Positions 1 to 9,091 of a stretch of DNA of 64,000 nucleotides are shown in pieces. The notes below the pieces were generated by a model. That model did no database searches and was not told the origin of the DNA. It saw only the letters and a program-made list of their open reading frames with translations. The DNA comes from a virus (taxonomy: Duplodnaviria; Caudoviricetes). The position numbers and the translations under genes were made by a program. Within the stretch, counting starts at the first letter, position 1, and each line of letters opens with the position of its first letter. The DNA lies in the IMG/VR virus record IMGVR_UViG_3300010049_000011, positions 64,001 through 128,000 of that record. One strand, 5' to 3'.

Positions 1-1393
1 AATATCCCCGTTGACGCAACAAAGAATCCGTTATATGTCTTTTTGTTTCTTCGTTGTAGTAGTGTTTGTTTGAGGACCCTTTAGATTTTAAATTAAACCC
101 GAGACGTCTATAAACCTCACCACCAAATTTAGAGTTATCGCAATAAGAGACTACAGATTCTGGAGAACATGTTTCTGAGAAGTGTTTGAATAGCTTCTCC
201 GATCCCCCAACCACAGCATATCCCGATTTAGTGCAGAGTCTGAGTAGCTCCCACTCTACTTTCTTATTATATCTAGGTTTACCGAAAGTTATGACCTGTA
301 TAAGATTGTTTTCGTCGAATAAACCTAACCTAACTTCCTGACCTCTGCAAGAATTCTGTAAGTGGTGTGTCTTGAGAAAGTCTTCACAATCTTCTTCGGA
401 AAGTTTCTTAATGTCTAGATTCCTGGCATACAGTTTCGTTTTGTTTACAAAAATCATGTCATAAACTTTTACTAGATCTTCCCAGGGATACGCTTTGAAG
501 AATTCCTCGGAAAACTCACACACGAAACTAGGGTTGTCGTAATACTGAGATTCCCAACAATGCATAATCCTGTATCCTGACTTCTTAAGATAGCATAATT
601 TCTCGATAGTTTTTAAAAACTTGTCCGATTTTTCAGGAAAGCTCCGAGGATTTCCATGCCAATAATCTCCGCTAAACTCGTAAACAGTTTTGGAGTCGTT
701 TAAATACCCGTCCACTAACCTGTGATTGACTGTAACTTGCCTATTTTCTTCTTTATCGGGAACTCCGATATTATCCAACCAGACATTTTCAACTTTAGAG
801 GAATAATACGATTTTCCATCAAGCTCCATTTTCTTGTATGCTTCATCTATCTTCTTGAGACCTTCCTGAGAAGTTAGGAAATTGATTGACCCGTACCTTT
901 CAATGTTGGTTTTTCTCCTAGTCTCAATAGTTCGCTCTTTCACTCCCGGAATTTTCCATTGGTCCCCAGACATCTTCCTACCTTCATCTGTTTGTCTCCA
1001 GTAAGCTTTCCCGTAGGTTTTTATGCATGTCTCTTCTTTCTTTCTTAGAGCTTCTGGTGTAGAGTTTAGTATAATCGCCTTTTTCAATATTTCTGGATTC
1101 TCGTACGTGTACTTATACCCTGTAGACTCTAAGCAAGTTGCCTCTTTCTTTCTTTTTATGTCCTCTACCTGGCTGATGTTGTCAACTCCGTATTTTCTTC
1201 GAACTGTTTCCTTTGACTTTCTGTGTATCTCTGGGTTATGCAGCGGAGATTCATACCCGTATTTATCTAAATTAGATTGCTTGACTTTATCCTTAACGGC
1301 CTTACTAGATGCAGGCCAGGGAACACCCCACTTCGCAACATTTGCTGCGATTCTTTTTTGTCTCTCTTCCTCAGTCCACTTTGTTTTGGGCAC
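1..1393 (-). mobile_element. Free-standing homing endonuclease-like gene (KYG-repeat N-terminus, Vsr/EDxHD-type nuclease, Mom/GNAT-like C-terminal domain); 3' end runs off the window
   Basis: Not in ORF track. Manual translation from GTG 1393 (AGGAG upstream): MPKTKWTEEERQKR..LDKYGY..RKYGVDNISQ..ERYGSINF..LVDGYLNDSKTVYEFSGDYWHGNP..IMHCWES..LYARNLDIKK..HHLQNSC..FGKPRYNKKVEWELLRLC..VVGGSEKLF..SYCDNSKFGGEVYRRLGF; no stop before base 1. Confidence 0.8.
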
Positions 1394-1476
1394 ACAACAC
1401 TCCTTTGTTCAATAATAAATCAAACATATACATGTGTATGCTAGAACTATTGTAAGTTAGACACCCTACATAAAAG

Positions 1477-1485
1477 GTTCTAAAT
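1477..1485 (+). promoter_or_regulatory. Putative late promoter GTTCTAAAT
   Basis: TTCTAAAY recurs just upstream of virion genes (8706, 18531, 24740, 27390, 31498, 42278). Confidence 0.6.
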
Positions 1486-1497
1486 CCTAGCTAATTC

Positions 1498-2277
1498 TTG
1501 TTAGGTTTCGATCACGTGTCCAATAATATATTCCAGATGACTCCAGAGATAAAGCCGATCGTAGAGAAAAATCTCCGACTCATGCTTGGTGCTAATATCT
1601 TAGGTATGGCTGAGTGGGAAGAGACTACTATGCAAGATGCTATGTCTCTAGGTCTTATGGATTACTTTAGGTGCCAGCCATATATAATAAGGACCTTTGA
1701 ATATATATCCGGAGTCAATACTCCGTCTCGTGTTGTTCCATTTGAGCAGATCCTAGCGAGAATACCCGAAGGGCATCGCAAGTATGCATATTTCCTAGGA
1801 ATCGTGCGTACTGACGTGGCTATTGGTACCTTTAACCTAGGTCTATACAGCTTTGATCAGTTCCTTATGGGATTCAACGTAGGCACACAATCTAACCAAT
1901 CAATCTTTGATCCTCTCAAGCAGGTAGCTATGAACTCTATCTCAGACTTAGTGACTGGAGAAGTAGAGTACGAGATAGATAGAGTCAATAACCAGGTTAA
2001 CTTCACGTTCCCTGTTACAATAGGGCAGTGTGTAGTAGATTACGCTATTGGATTCCAGGACAGGTGGGAATATGTCAAACCTAACCACACAGAATTCCTC
2101 GCTAAATTATGCGCAGTAAAGTTTCTTAACTCTATTATAACCTCTAGGACAGCGAGCACTCTGACTGCCGACTTTACAGTCGACACATCAGCACTGCAAA
2201 AGACTGTCGACCGCCTCGAAGAAGAGCTGAAGAAGGATAAGTTGCATTATCGTCGCTTACCTATGCTTTGGTCTTAA
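1498..2277 (+). CDS. Neck/head-tail adaptor (T4 gp13-like)
   Basis: 259 aa; 'LEEELK..LPMLWS' C-terminus and position before the tail tube. Confidence 0.55.
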   Translation: MLGFDHVSNNIFQMTPEIKPIVEKNLRLMLGANILGMAEWEETTMQDAMSLGLMDYFRCQPYIIRTFEYISGVNTPSRVVPFEQILARIPEGHRKYAYFLGIVRTDVAIGTFNLGLYSFDQFLMGFNVGTQSNQSIFDPLKQVAMNSISDLVTGEVEYEIDRVNNQVNFTFPVTIGQCVVDYAIGFQDRWEYVKPNHTEFLAKLCAVKFLNSIITSRTASTLTADFTVDTSALQKTVDRLEEELKKDKLHYRRLPMLWS

Positions 2278-2340
2278 TTGAGTTAGTTAGTAAGAGTCTT
2301 AACCAAATCACATTAACTAGTAATAAATAGGATTACTAAC

Positions 2341-2847
2341 ATGGCAATAGCAGAAATTCAGAAAGTCCAATCTATGACGGATCCTCTGAAGCGCTTTATG
2401 TTCCACATGGTTCTGGCAGAAACTCGTGGTGGATTTATAAACGCAGAGAACTTCGAACTACAGTGTACGGCTTACGATTACCCCGGATACCAATTCACCA
2501 AGACCTCGGTAACATTAGGAGCTATAAAACGCACAGATGCAGCGATCCAAGACCGTTCTGGTGCGTGGAACACCTCTATGGTCGAGACTTGGGATGCAAC
2601 CGTAGACCAGGAATTCTCGGCGTGGGCTAATATTGCTCACAACCCAATCACTGGAGTGATACAACCTTCGAGAGCATATAAGACTTCGGCCCGTATATCG
2701 ATCATAGACGGAGACTTTAACGACATCGTTGTTAAGTCTCTTAAGGGTCTGTGGCCTGAGACTTACAAGTCTAACGGATTTGATTCTTCGAACTCTGGGG
2801 AGGCTGTAGCTCCTACAATCACCTGGTCCTACGACTATTGGGAATAG
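2341..2847 (+). CDS. Tail tube protein (T4 gp19-like)
   Basis: 168 aa; DPLKRFMF N-terminus, LKGLWP motif, ITWSYDYWE C-terminus. Confidence 0.85.
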   Translation: MAIAEIQKVQSMTDPLKRFMFHMVLAETRGGFINAENFELQCTAYDYPGYQFTKTSVTLGAIKRTDAAIQDRSGAWNTSMVETWDATVDQEFSAWANIAHNPITGVIQPSRAYKTSARISIIDGDFNDIVVKSLKGLWPETYKSNGFDSSNSGEAVAPTITWSYDYWE

Positions 2848-2870
2848 AGTCTTAATATAGGAAATCTACT

Positions 2871-3617
2871 ATGTTGAGATTCTGGAACCAGGAGTCGGTT
2901 GCTGGAATTGCAGATGCTCTCCGCAACGACCGATTCGAAGCTTTCTTCCCAACCATAAACGGTTATTCACCGATCGTGGAAGACGTCAATATAACCTTCC
3001 CTACATTTGAGTACCACGAGATCCCTTACGGGTCTAGAGACATATTTTACGCATCTGCCATCAAGAACGCTTCTCTAACTGCTGTGTTTTACGTAGATAT
3101 CTCAGGAGAGACTCTAAACTATATTGCTGAGTGGAAACGTCTAGTTCGAGATCCACGAACCCACCTATTTGGGTACGCTGATGACTACAAACGCAACGCA
3201 GTAATATATATATACGGGCCTGATGTCTCTGGGTTAGCTGGAGGGCTTATCGGGGGGGTTGTTGATCAAGTAACCAATACAATAAACAAGACTCTCCGCC
3301 TAGATAAATTAAGCAATGTCGCTTCTAACATAACGTCTAAGGTCGGCCTAGGAAGCGTAGACCTTAAGATAAAAATACCGCCTATTGCTCTTCCCTCTAT
3401 TAAGATAAAATTAGACGGGATATGGCCTAAGGGAGGAGAGAGTTTGCAGCTCAAATACTCAGGTAAACCAGACAGAGTTAAGTTAAGTGTAAACTTTGCA
3501 ATAGACGCAATGTATCCCGTCCCTCAGCAAGTAGGAAGGACGATCGGAAGGCTCTACGGAGGAGCACTGTTCTCTGCTTCCGACTTAATTTCAGAAGGTT
3601 TTACCCAACTAATATAA
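2871..3617 (+). CDS. Tail tube initiator (gp54-like tube paralogue)
   Basis: Tube-fold motifs LRNDRFEAFF, YIAEWKRLV, LDGIWP..L.YS..LSVNF. Confidence 0.65.
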   Translation: MLRFWNQESVAGIADALRNDRFEAFFPTINGYSPIVEDVNITFPTFEYHEIPYGSRDIFYASAIKNASLTAVFYVDISGETLNYIAEWKRLVRDPRTHLFGYADDYKRNAVIYIYGPDVSGLAGGLIGGVVDQVTNTINKTLRLDKLSNVASNITSKVGLGSVDLKIKIPPIALPSIKIKLDGIWPKGGESLQLKYSGKPDRVKLSVNFAIDAMYPVPQQVGRTIGRLYGGALFSASDLISEGFTQLI

Positions 3618-3635
3618 TAACGAGAGGAATCTACT

Positions 3636-4436
3636 ATGGATGTAAAAGACAAACTACTTAAGATTGAACTACCCGGACATGCCTTTTACAAGGAGGAGAT
3701 GACAGGAAGGACCTTAACAGAGCTAGAGGTTAAGAAGCTAGCGGCTCTCACTCACGGAGACAATATTAAGGGTATTGTCCAACTGCTGAACGACGCAGTC
3801 AGCAACGACCTGTTCGAGCTATATACTGACGACTTCTGGTACCTTATGTGGTGGTTGAGGGTTCAGACATTCCCTAGCTACCCAATCGTTGTGCCTTGGA
3901 CCTGTAAGTGTGGTGCGGAGAACAAGTCTGATTTAACAGCAGATAAATTGAAGTACATAGACATTCCTGAAGAGTTTAACCCTCTACACGCTCAAGTAAG
4001 GCTCTCCAACGGGGAACTGATCTCCATCAGACCTCAGAAGGTTAAAGACGAGTTCGATGTAGACGCCTACCTGAAGCAAAGGATGATTAAAGACCCAGAC
4101 AGATCTATTAAAGGGGTCCTGTTAGACCTGGCTTGCTTAGGAGAGGGGAAGACTATCGACGACCTATACAAGTCTTACAAAGCAGGGAACTTCTCAACAG
4201 AAGACTTCTTTACCATCCAAGGTTTCAAAACTCTCTATACGTGGGGTGTTAATAAGATCGCAGACTTCTCCTGCTACAAGTGTAAGGAGGGAGTTAGTGT
4301 TGAATACGAAGTCACACTAACAAACTTCTTTCCCGACATTCTCCATCGAGAGTATCTTAAGCAGAGAATACTTTTTAATGTACCATCTACACCAACCGAG
4401 GAACCAGTTAGAGATGATGGACTTCAGCGAGTTTGA
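3636..4436 (+). CDS. Baseplate hub assembly protein (T4 gp26-like)
   Basis: IELP start, D..YLMWWLR, CKCG and CYKC Zn pairs, TNFF near C-terminus. Confidence 0.7.
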   Translation: MDVKDKLLKIELPGHAFYKEEMTGRTLTELEVKKLAALTHGDNIKGIVQLLNDAVSNDLFELYTDDFWYLMWWLRVQTFPSYPIVVPWTCKCGAENKSDLTADKLKYIDIPEEFNPLHAQVRLSNGELISIRPQKVKDEFDVDAYLKQRMIKDPDRSIKGVLLDLACLGEGKTIDDLYKSYKAGNFSTEDFFTIQGFKTLYTWGVNKIADFSCYKCKEGVSVEYEVTLTNFFPDILHREYLKQRILFNVPSTPTEEPVRDDGLQRV

Positions 4437-4512
4437 TTGGTTTTACAAGAAACACGTGGAACACCTAACTAAAGAACAAGAAAAGATAGAACAGAGTAAG
4501 AATAGTGGCTAG
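4378..4512 (+). CDS. Small gp51-like/tail assembly chaperone, overlapping the gp26-like gene in the +1 frame
   Basis: Not in ORF track: (REYFL)MYHLHQPRNQLEMMDFSEFDWFYKKHVEHLTKEQEKIEQSKNSG*; directly precedes the tape measure gene. Confidence 0.6.
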   Translation: MYHLHQPRNQLEMMDFSEFDWFYKKHVEHLTKEQEKIEQSKNSG

Positions 4513-5806
4513 CGCATCTGCAGTATTGATCGGAAAGGACTCTAAGATCCAGTTAGATTTTGGAGGACATTCTCCCGTTCGAAGGGCTCAGAAGAACGCG
4601 GACAAACCCGAGAACAAGCAACAAGAATCTCTAGATAAGATCGCTAGTATTCTCTCTCAGAAGCAGGAAGAAAGTTCTGACTCCTCTAACACAATAAAAG
4701 CTGACAATCTTAAAAAAGAAAGTGAACCTGAAAATTTCTGGGGAAATCTAGGAAATGGTTTTATAAAGTTCTTCACGGAGATGAAAGCTCCAATCGTCGA
4801 TACCGTCAGGGCCTGGGGAGGAGCTGTCAAGAATATCGCTAAGACCATAACTGCTCCATTCGCTGCTGTGTGGAGCGCTGGGTCTGCGATAGCTGGGTGG
4901 TTTAAGGGGGACGATAAGAAGAAAGGAGGGAAAGGAGAAGACTCCGCAGAAGATGCCGAGAAAGCTAAGGAGGAGGAACAACAAGGAAAACTAACGGGGG
5001 CCGTGTTAGATATCCGGGACCACCTCTTCGGTATGGATAGAGGAGAAGGGAAGCCAGAAGAAGAGAAGAAAACCGTCTGGGATTATATTAAGAGGGCTGG
5101 TGCGATACTGGCGGGAGCTATAGGAGCCGTCTTAGGTCCTCTGAAGTGGCTTGCTGCTGCGCTGGGAGGAGGTCTGAAGTTAGCGCTTAAGAGTCTGGCA
5201 GCGGCCTTGACTCCTCTAGGATTGAAGATTGCCGCTGTAGCTGCTGTTGGGTATGGGTTGTACAAGATTTACGAATTCTTTAAAGAGCACGGCTTTGTTG
5301 AGGGTATGAAGATCGCGTTAGGGAAGGTCGGAGACGCCTTTACCGCTGTTGGTAAATTCTTCGGGGGAGTTATTGATAGGATCCAGTTGTGGCTCCCTAG
5401 CTGGATGGGGGGTATCTCGCAGGAAGAATACGACTCTAGAGCAGAAGCTCGGGAATTAGGAGTCCGCAGAGAAGAATTCGACGCGGAGAACACGCAACGT
5501 AGATCTCACGGTTTACGAGAATTTACGATGGCCGAGTTCGCATCCCTTAAGAAGGGTGCTTCGACAGTACAACAGCACAACATGACTTCTCTTTTAGACG
5601 GAGGAACAGCCTACAGCTCGAGCCAAGAAGAATTACAGACCTCGCAGATGCCTACAGAGTCTAGCATTCAAACCCAGGCTACTAGAGAGGCACTCCTAAT
5701 GGGAGTTAAAGCTCACGGAGGCAACGTACAGAACATAAACGTGGCTGTCAAGAATTCCAACGTTTCCACAAACCCTCGTCCACTAGACGGGACAGGAGGT
5801 AGGTAA
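4505..5806 (+). CDS. Tape measure protein (gp29-like)
   Basis: Ala/Gly-rich amphipathic helices with W/F periodicity; canonical position. Confidence 0.7.
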   Translation: MASASAVLIGKDSKIQLDFGGHSPVRRAQKNADKPENKQQESLDKIASILSQKQEESSDSSNTIKADNLKKESEPENFWGNLGNGFIKFFTEMKAPIVDTVRAWGGAVKNIAKTITAPFAAVWSAGSAIAGWFKGDDKKKGGKGEDSAEDAEKAKEEEQQGKLTGAVLDIRDHLFGMDRGEGKPEEEKKTVWDYIKRAGAILAGAIGAVLGPLKWLAAALGGGLKLALKSLAAALTPLGLKIAAVAAVGYGLYKIYEFFKEHGFVEGMKIALGKVGDAFTAVGKFFGGVIDRIQLWLPSWMGGISQEEYDSRAEARELGVRREEFDAENTQRRSHGLREFTMAEFASLKKGASTVQQHNMTSLLDGGTAYSSSQEELQTSQMPTESSIQTQATREALLMGVKAHGGNVQNINVAVKNSNVSTNPRPLDGTGGR

Positions 5807-6774
5807 TGGTTGTAAGTCTAGCTAATCTCGGGTTAGGGAGCGGTTTTGCGGGAGAAGATAAGAAGGTAGCTGCATCGAAAGTTCCTACGGGTTCGTCTTC
5901 TTTTACGTTTACTTTAACAGCCGAAGCGAGCGCCGCTCAGAAGCTCCCCAAGCTAGACTTTGTTGGAGTACTTCCGAGAGAAGGTATTGAGCTTAAGGCA
6001 GAATCCATCTATGAAGATTTAGATGTAATGGATCAACTCGGAGCAGGAGCCTTGTCTGGTGGGGGTTCTGGAGCTCTGTTTGGAGGGATAAACCAACTAC
6101 TCGGAACCGCTAACGTAGCTAAGAACAAATATTACAATCTCCAAGTCTGGCAGAAATCGACCCCCTTCGAGTTTAATTTCAAAGTGTATCTAACAGCGGA
6201 TAACGAAACCCAAGCTCGCACCATGCAAAGCCAAGCTAGAGGTCTTATGAAGCTAGCTCTACCAAAAGAGAGTGAAACCTTAGGAGCATTAATAGCACCT
6301 GGTCCGTCTCCGATAGGATCAAGTATGTCTAAAGAGATCCAAAGCACGATAAATTCGGGACGTGAGTCTGCTTCTTCCTTTCTGGAAATCAAACCTAAAA
6401 CCCGAAGCCCTTGGTCCTTGCCCGCAGAAGGAGGTAGGAACGTAACTATCCAGGTTGGAAACATACTAACTCTATACGACGTTATAGTCAAGAGTGTTGC
6501 CGTTAAGTTTTATAATAATTTCGCTAGATCATCTTCGGGAGACTCTCGTTTCTCTATGCCTGTTGTTGGCGAGGTATCTATATCTGTTAAGTGTCTATAT
6601 CAAGCAACTCAAGACCAGTTGGATAAGATGTATAACGTAAAACCTGACCAACCAAATACAGATAGGACTCCGCAAGTTGGAGGTAATAAGCTGTTAGGTG
6701 CTCTTAAAACTGCAGTGAAGAGTGTGACTGGGGTAGATCTCAACCAACCAGAAGATCTATATACGGAGAAGTGA
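5806..6774 (+). CDS. Baseplate tail-tube cap (gp48-like)
   Basis: QVWQKSTPFEFNF..LMKLALP..VIVKSVAVKF tube-like fold. Confidence 0.6.
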   Translation: MVVSLANLGLGSGFAGEDKKVAASKVPTGSSSFTFTLTAEASAAQKLPKLDFVGVLPREGIELKAESIYEDLDVMDQLGAGALSGGGSGALFGGINQLLGTANVAKNKYYNLQVWQKSTPFEFNFKVYLTADNETQARTMQSQARGLMKLALPKESETLGALIAPGPSPIGSSMSKEIQSTINSGRESASSFLEIKPKTRSPWSLPAEGGRNVTIQVGNILTLYDVIVKSVAVKFYNNFARSSSGDSRFSMPVVGEVSISVKCLYQATQDQLDKMYNVKPDQPNTDRTPQVGGNKLLGALKTAVKSVTGVDLNQPEDLYTEK

Positions 6775-6775
6775 T

Positions 6776-7153
6776 ATGGATGAAAACGCACGTCTGTCTC
6801 TAGATGATTACCTTTCCTCTTATAGGAACCCGGAGACTGGAAAATACGAGATAGCATTCGCTACGGGAGTTTTTTCAGTCTTGAGAGACTACCTACTGTC
6901 CTCTACTCTAGAGGAAGTAGTGGTGTCTAATCTAGAGGAAAATACCCCAGATTTGATATCTTTCAAGTACTACGGGACTATGTCTTACTGGTGGTTCGTC
7001 TGTTTGGTGAACGGAATAAACGACCCTTTTACAGAGCTAGTTCCGGGCACAAGGTTATTAATGCCTCTAGCTTCTGATATCTCTCAGTTCGCCGAAACTT
7101 TAAACATATCCCCCAACTCTGGTTTTAACTCCGGAACAATAATATCTCTCTAG
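6776..7153 (+). CDS. Baseplate wedge LysM-like protein (gp53-like)
   Basis: PDLISFKYYG..YWWFVCLVNGINDPF..L.PG..L. Confidence 0.85.
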   Translation: MDENARLSLDDYLSSYRNPETGKYEIAFATGVFSVLRDYLLSSTLEEVVVSNLEENTPDLISFKYYGTMSYWWFVCLVNGINDPFTELVPGTRLLMPLASDISQFAETLNISPNSGFNSGTIISL

Positions 7154-7162
7154 GACCCCTAA

Positions 7163-8287
7163 ATGTTTATCTCTCAGAAGATGTATGGTTTAAAGATCTT
7201 CCTAGCGGGAGATGAGTACACCGAGGATTCGGGGCAGCTTTCTTACATAACTATAACCGAAGATGTAACCAACCCCATACCTAAACTAGATATAGTTTTA
7301 GTTATGAAGGCCTCTTACGTCGAATCAAACCCAATCAGGGATGGGATGTCGATAGTTATTGAAGAGAACTCGACTGAATCCCGTTGGGAATTTAGAGCTT
7401 CGTCAGAAACCTCAGATGTAGATAGAGCAACAGGGTTGGTTACAACGAGGATCTTAGGTTGGTTAGACGTTCCTGGTATCTGGGTTGTGAACTCCTCCTA
7501 CAGCGGGGTATACACATCGAGCTCTGTGTTTCAGACCGTAGCACAGGGTTTAGGTCTGTCTTATGTCGGGTCCTCTACGAACGATCGACAAGCCTGGTGT
7601 TCGGGGAACCAGCGGGTGTTGGACTACTTGAATTTTGTAGCGGACCACGCTTATTCCGACGATCTATCTGTGTTTATATGGTACATAGACAAACGTAAGA
7701 ACATAACGTTGAATAATTTAACCAGGACAATGCAAAACAGTTCAAACACTAGCTTTGAACCAGGAATATTCACTTCTCCAAGAAAGTCTGGTTTAGTCCA
7801 CTATATAAGCTATAAAGTCAACTCTGACTTTGGAGTTGATAACGTATACCAAGGTTACGGAACGGACTTCCTGATATTTGACGCTCTGGAGAACAAAAAT
7901 TCTCCTATACACCCAGAAAACTATGTTAAGTTCTCGGCATCCCTAAATATAAATAAGAACTTCGCTAGTACCGTGAACGTGGAGAATTACGAACTGAATG
8001 CTGGAAACGACCACCCTAAGATGTATTTTGCGGAGAACCATAACCAGAGAGGACGCGCCTTATGGAACCGGAGAATAACTCTGCAGAGTTCTTTTTTACA
8101 GCCGGAGATAACTTTAGGGAGTAAAGCCGAACTCCGAGCTGATTTGGTTGAAGGTGTTAGATCGGATAGGTTTTCAGGGCCTCACCTAATCACTCTTATA
8201 AAGACCACGTTTAGGGTGGATGAGTGCGAGGTTATATACGAGTTAACCTCTCAGGGGTTCTTCTCTAACACTAAGGACATGTTGTAA
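7163..8287 (+). CDS. Baseplate hub (gp27/late control D-like)
   Basis: Size and position; FSGPHLITLIKTTF C-terminal strand motif. Confidence 0.65.
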   Translation: MFISQKMYGLKIFLAGDEYTEDSGQLSYITITEDVTNPIPKLDIVLVMKASYVESNPIRDGMSIVIEENSTESRWEFRASSETSDVDRATGLVTTRILGWLDVPGIWVVNSSYSGVYTSSSVFQTVAQGLGLSYVGSSTNDRQAWCSGNQRVLDYLNFVADHAYSDDLSVFIWYIDKRKNITLNNLTRTMQNSSNTSFEPGIFTSPRKSGLVHYISYKVNSDFGVDNVYQGYGTDFLIFDALENKNSPIHPENYVKFSASLNINKNFASTVNVENYELNAGNDHPKMYFAENHNQRGRALWNRRITLQSSFLQPEITLGSKAELRADLVEGVRSDRFSGPHLITLIKTTFRVDECEVIYELTSQGFFSNTKDML

Positions 8288-8697
8288 TGCTCTATAACGA
8301 AGACAGAAAGATTAATCCTTTCCTAGACGGCTATATGTCTGCCGCAGTACTAGATAATATAGACCCTGTGAACAAGCAGAGATGTAGGATCAGAGTAGAC
8401 GGGTTGCATGATGGTCTACAAGACAAAGAGTGTCCCTGGGCATTACGGCTTAAATCCCCATTCTTCGGATCAGGGGACGGGTCGGGAGTTAGGTCCTCAA
8501 TAAACATTGGGTCGAGAGTTATTGTTGTGTTCATGAATAACGACCCTATGAATCCTCTAATGGTCGGGGAACTAGATGATGGGTCGAGCACAATACCGGA
8601 CGGATCCTATGGGTTCGTTGGGCAGAACGGGGAGTCTGTCCAATGCGACACTGAAGGGAATCTAAGAATTAAAGCAACGAAAATCTACTTAAACTAG
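8287..8697 (+). CDS. Baseplate spike, gp5/gpV OB-fold (short)
   Basis: V.DN.DP..QRCRIRV.GLH..PWA..IGSRVIVVF.N.DP..P..G; ends IKATKIYLN. Confidence 0.85.
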   Translation: MLYNEDRKINPFLDGYMSAAVLDNIDPVNKQRCRIRVDGLHDGLQDKECPWALRLKSPFFGSGDGSGVRSSINIGSRVIVVFMNNDPMNPLMVGELDDGSSTIPDGSYGFVGQNGESVQCDTEGNLRIKATKIYLN

Positions 8698-8705
8698 CGC
8701 AAAAT

Positions 8706-8714
8706 GTTCTAAAT
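8706..8714 (+). promoter_or_regulatory. Putative late promoter GTTCTAAAT
   Basis: Intergenic, just upstream of the gp25-like gene. Confidence 0.6.
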
Positions 8715-8725
8715 AACGAATTATT

Positions 8726-9091
8726 ATGGACTCACAAGACGTAAATCTTTTCTTTTTCGACGATCCGCAACCCCTAATAGTTAGCGGTAATATTGCTATA
8801 CAGAGAAGAATTGCTAACGTCGTCGGAAATATAAGGGGGTCGAGGTTCTTCAATAGAGGGTTCGGTTCTGGTGCTTGGGATTTCGTCTTCAGGCCAATAA
8901 CAGAAGAGAATGCGGGGTTTCTCCGACTTACTTTGTACCACGATTTCTTGCGAATGGACTCGGACTTGAATATACTAGTGTCTGATATATACGTAACACC
9001 ACAACCAGAGCAGAAAGCATACTCTGTGTTAGTATTGTACGACCCCGAAGTTGAACCTTACAGCTTTACGCTGTCCGATAGGAGTGCCTAG
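8726..9091 (+). CDS. Baseplate wedge gp25-like
   Basis: AIQRRIANVV..GSRFFNRGFGS. Confidence 0.85.
   Translation: MDSQDVNLFFFDDPQPLIVSGNIAIQRRIANVVGNIRGSRFFNRGFGSGAWDFVFRPITEENAGFLRLTLYHDFLRMDSDLNILVSDIYVTPQPEQKAYSVLVLYDPEVEPYSFTLSDRSA

Noticed and set aside
1023-1415. 130-aa + strand ORF in the track
   Set aside because: Antisense shadow of the minus-strand endonuclease gene (1-1393), which has clear motifs and an RBS
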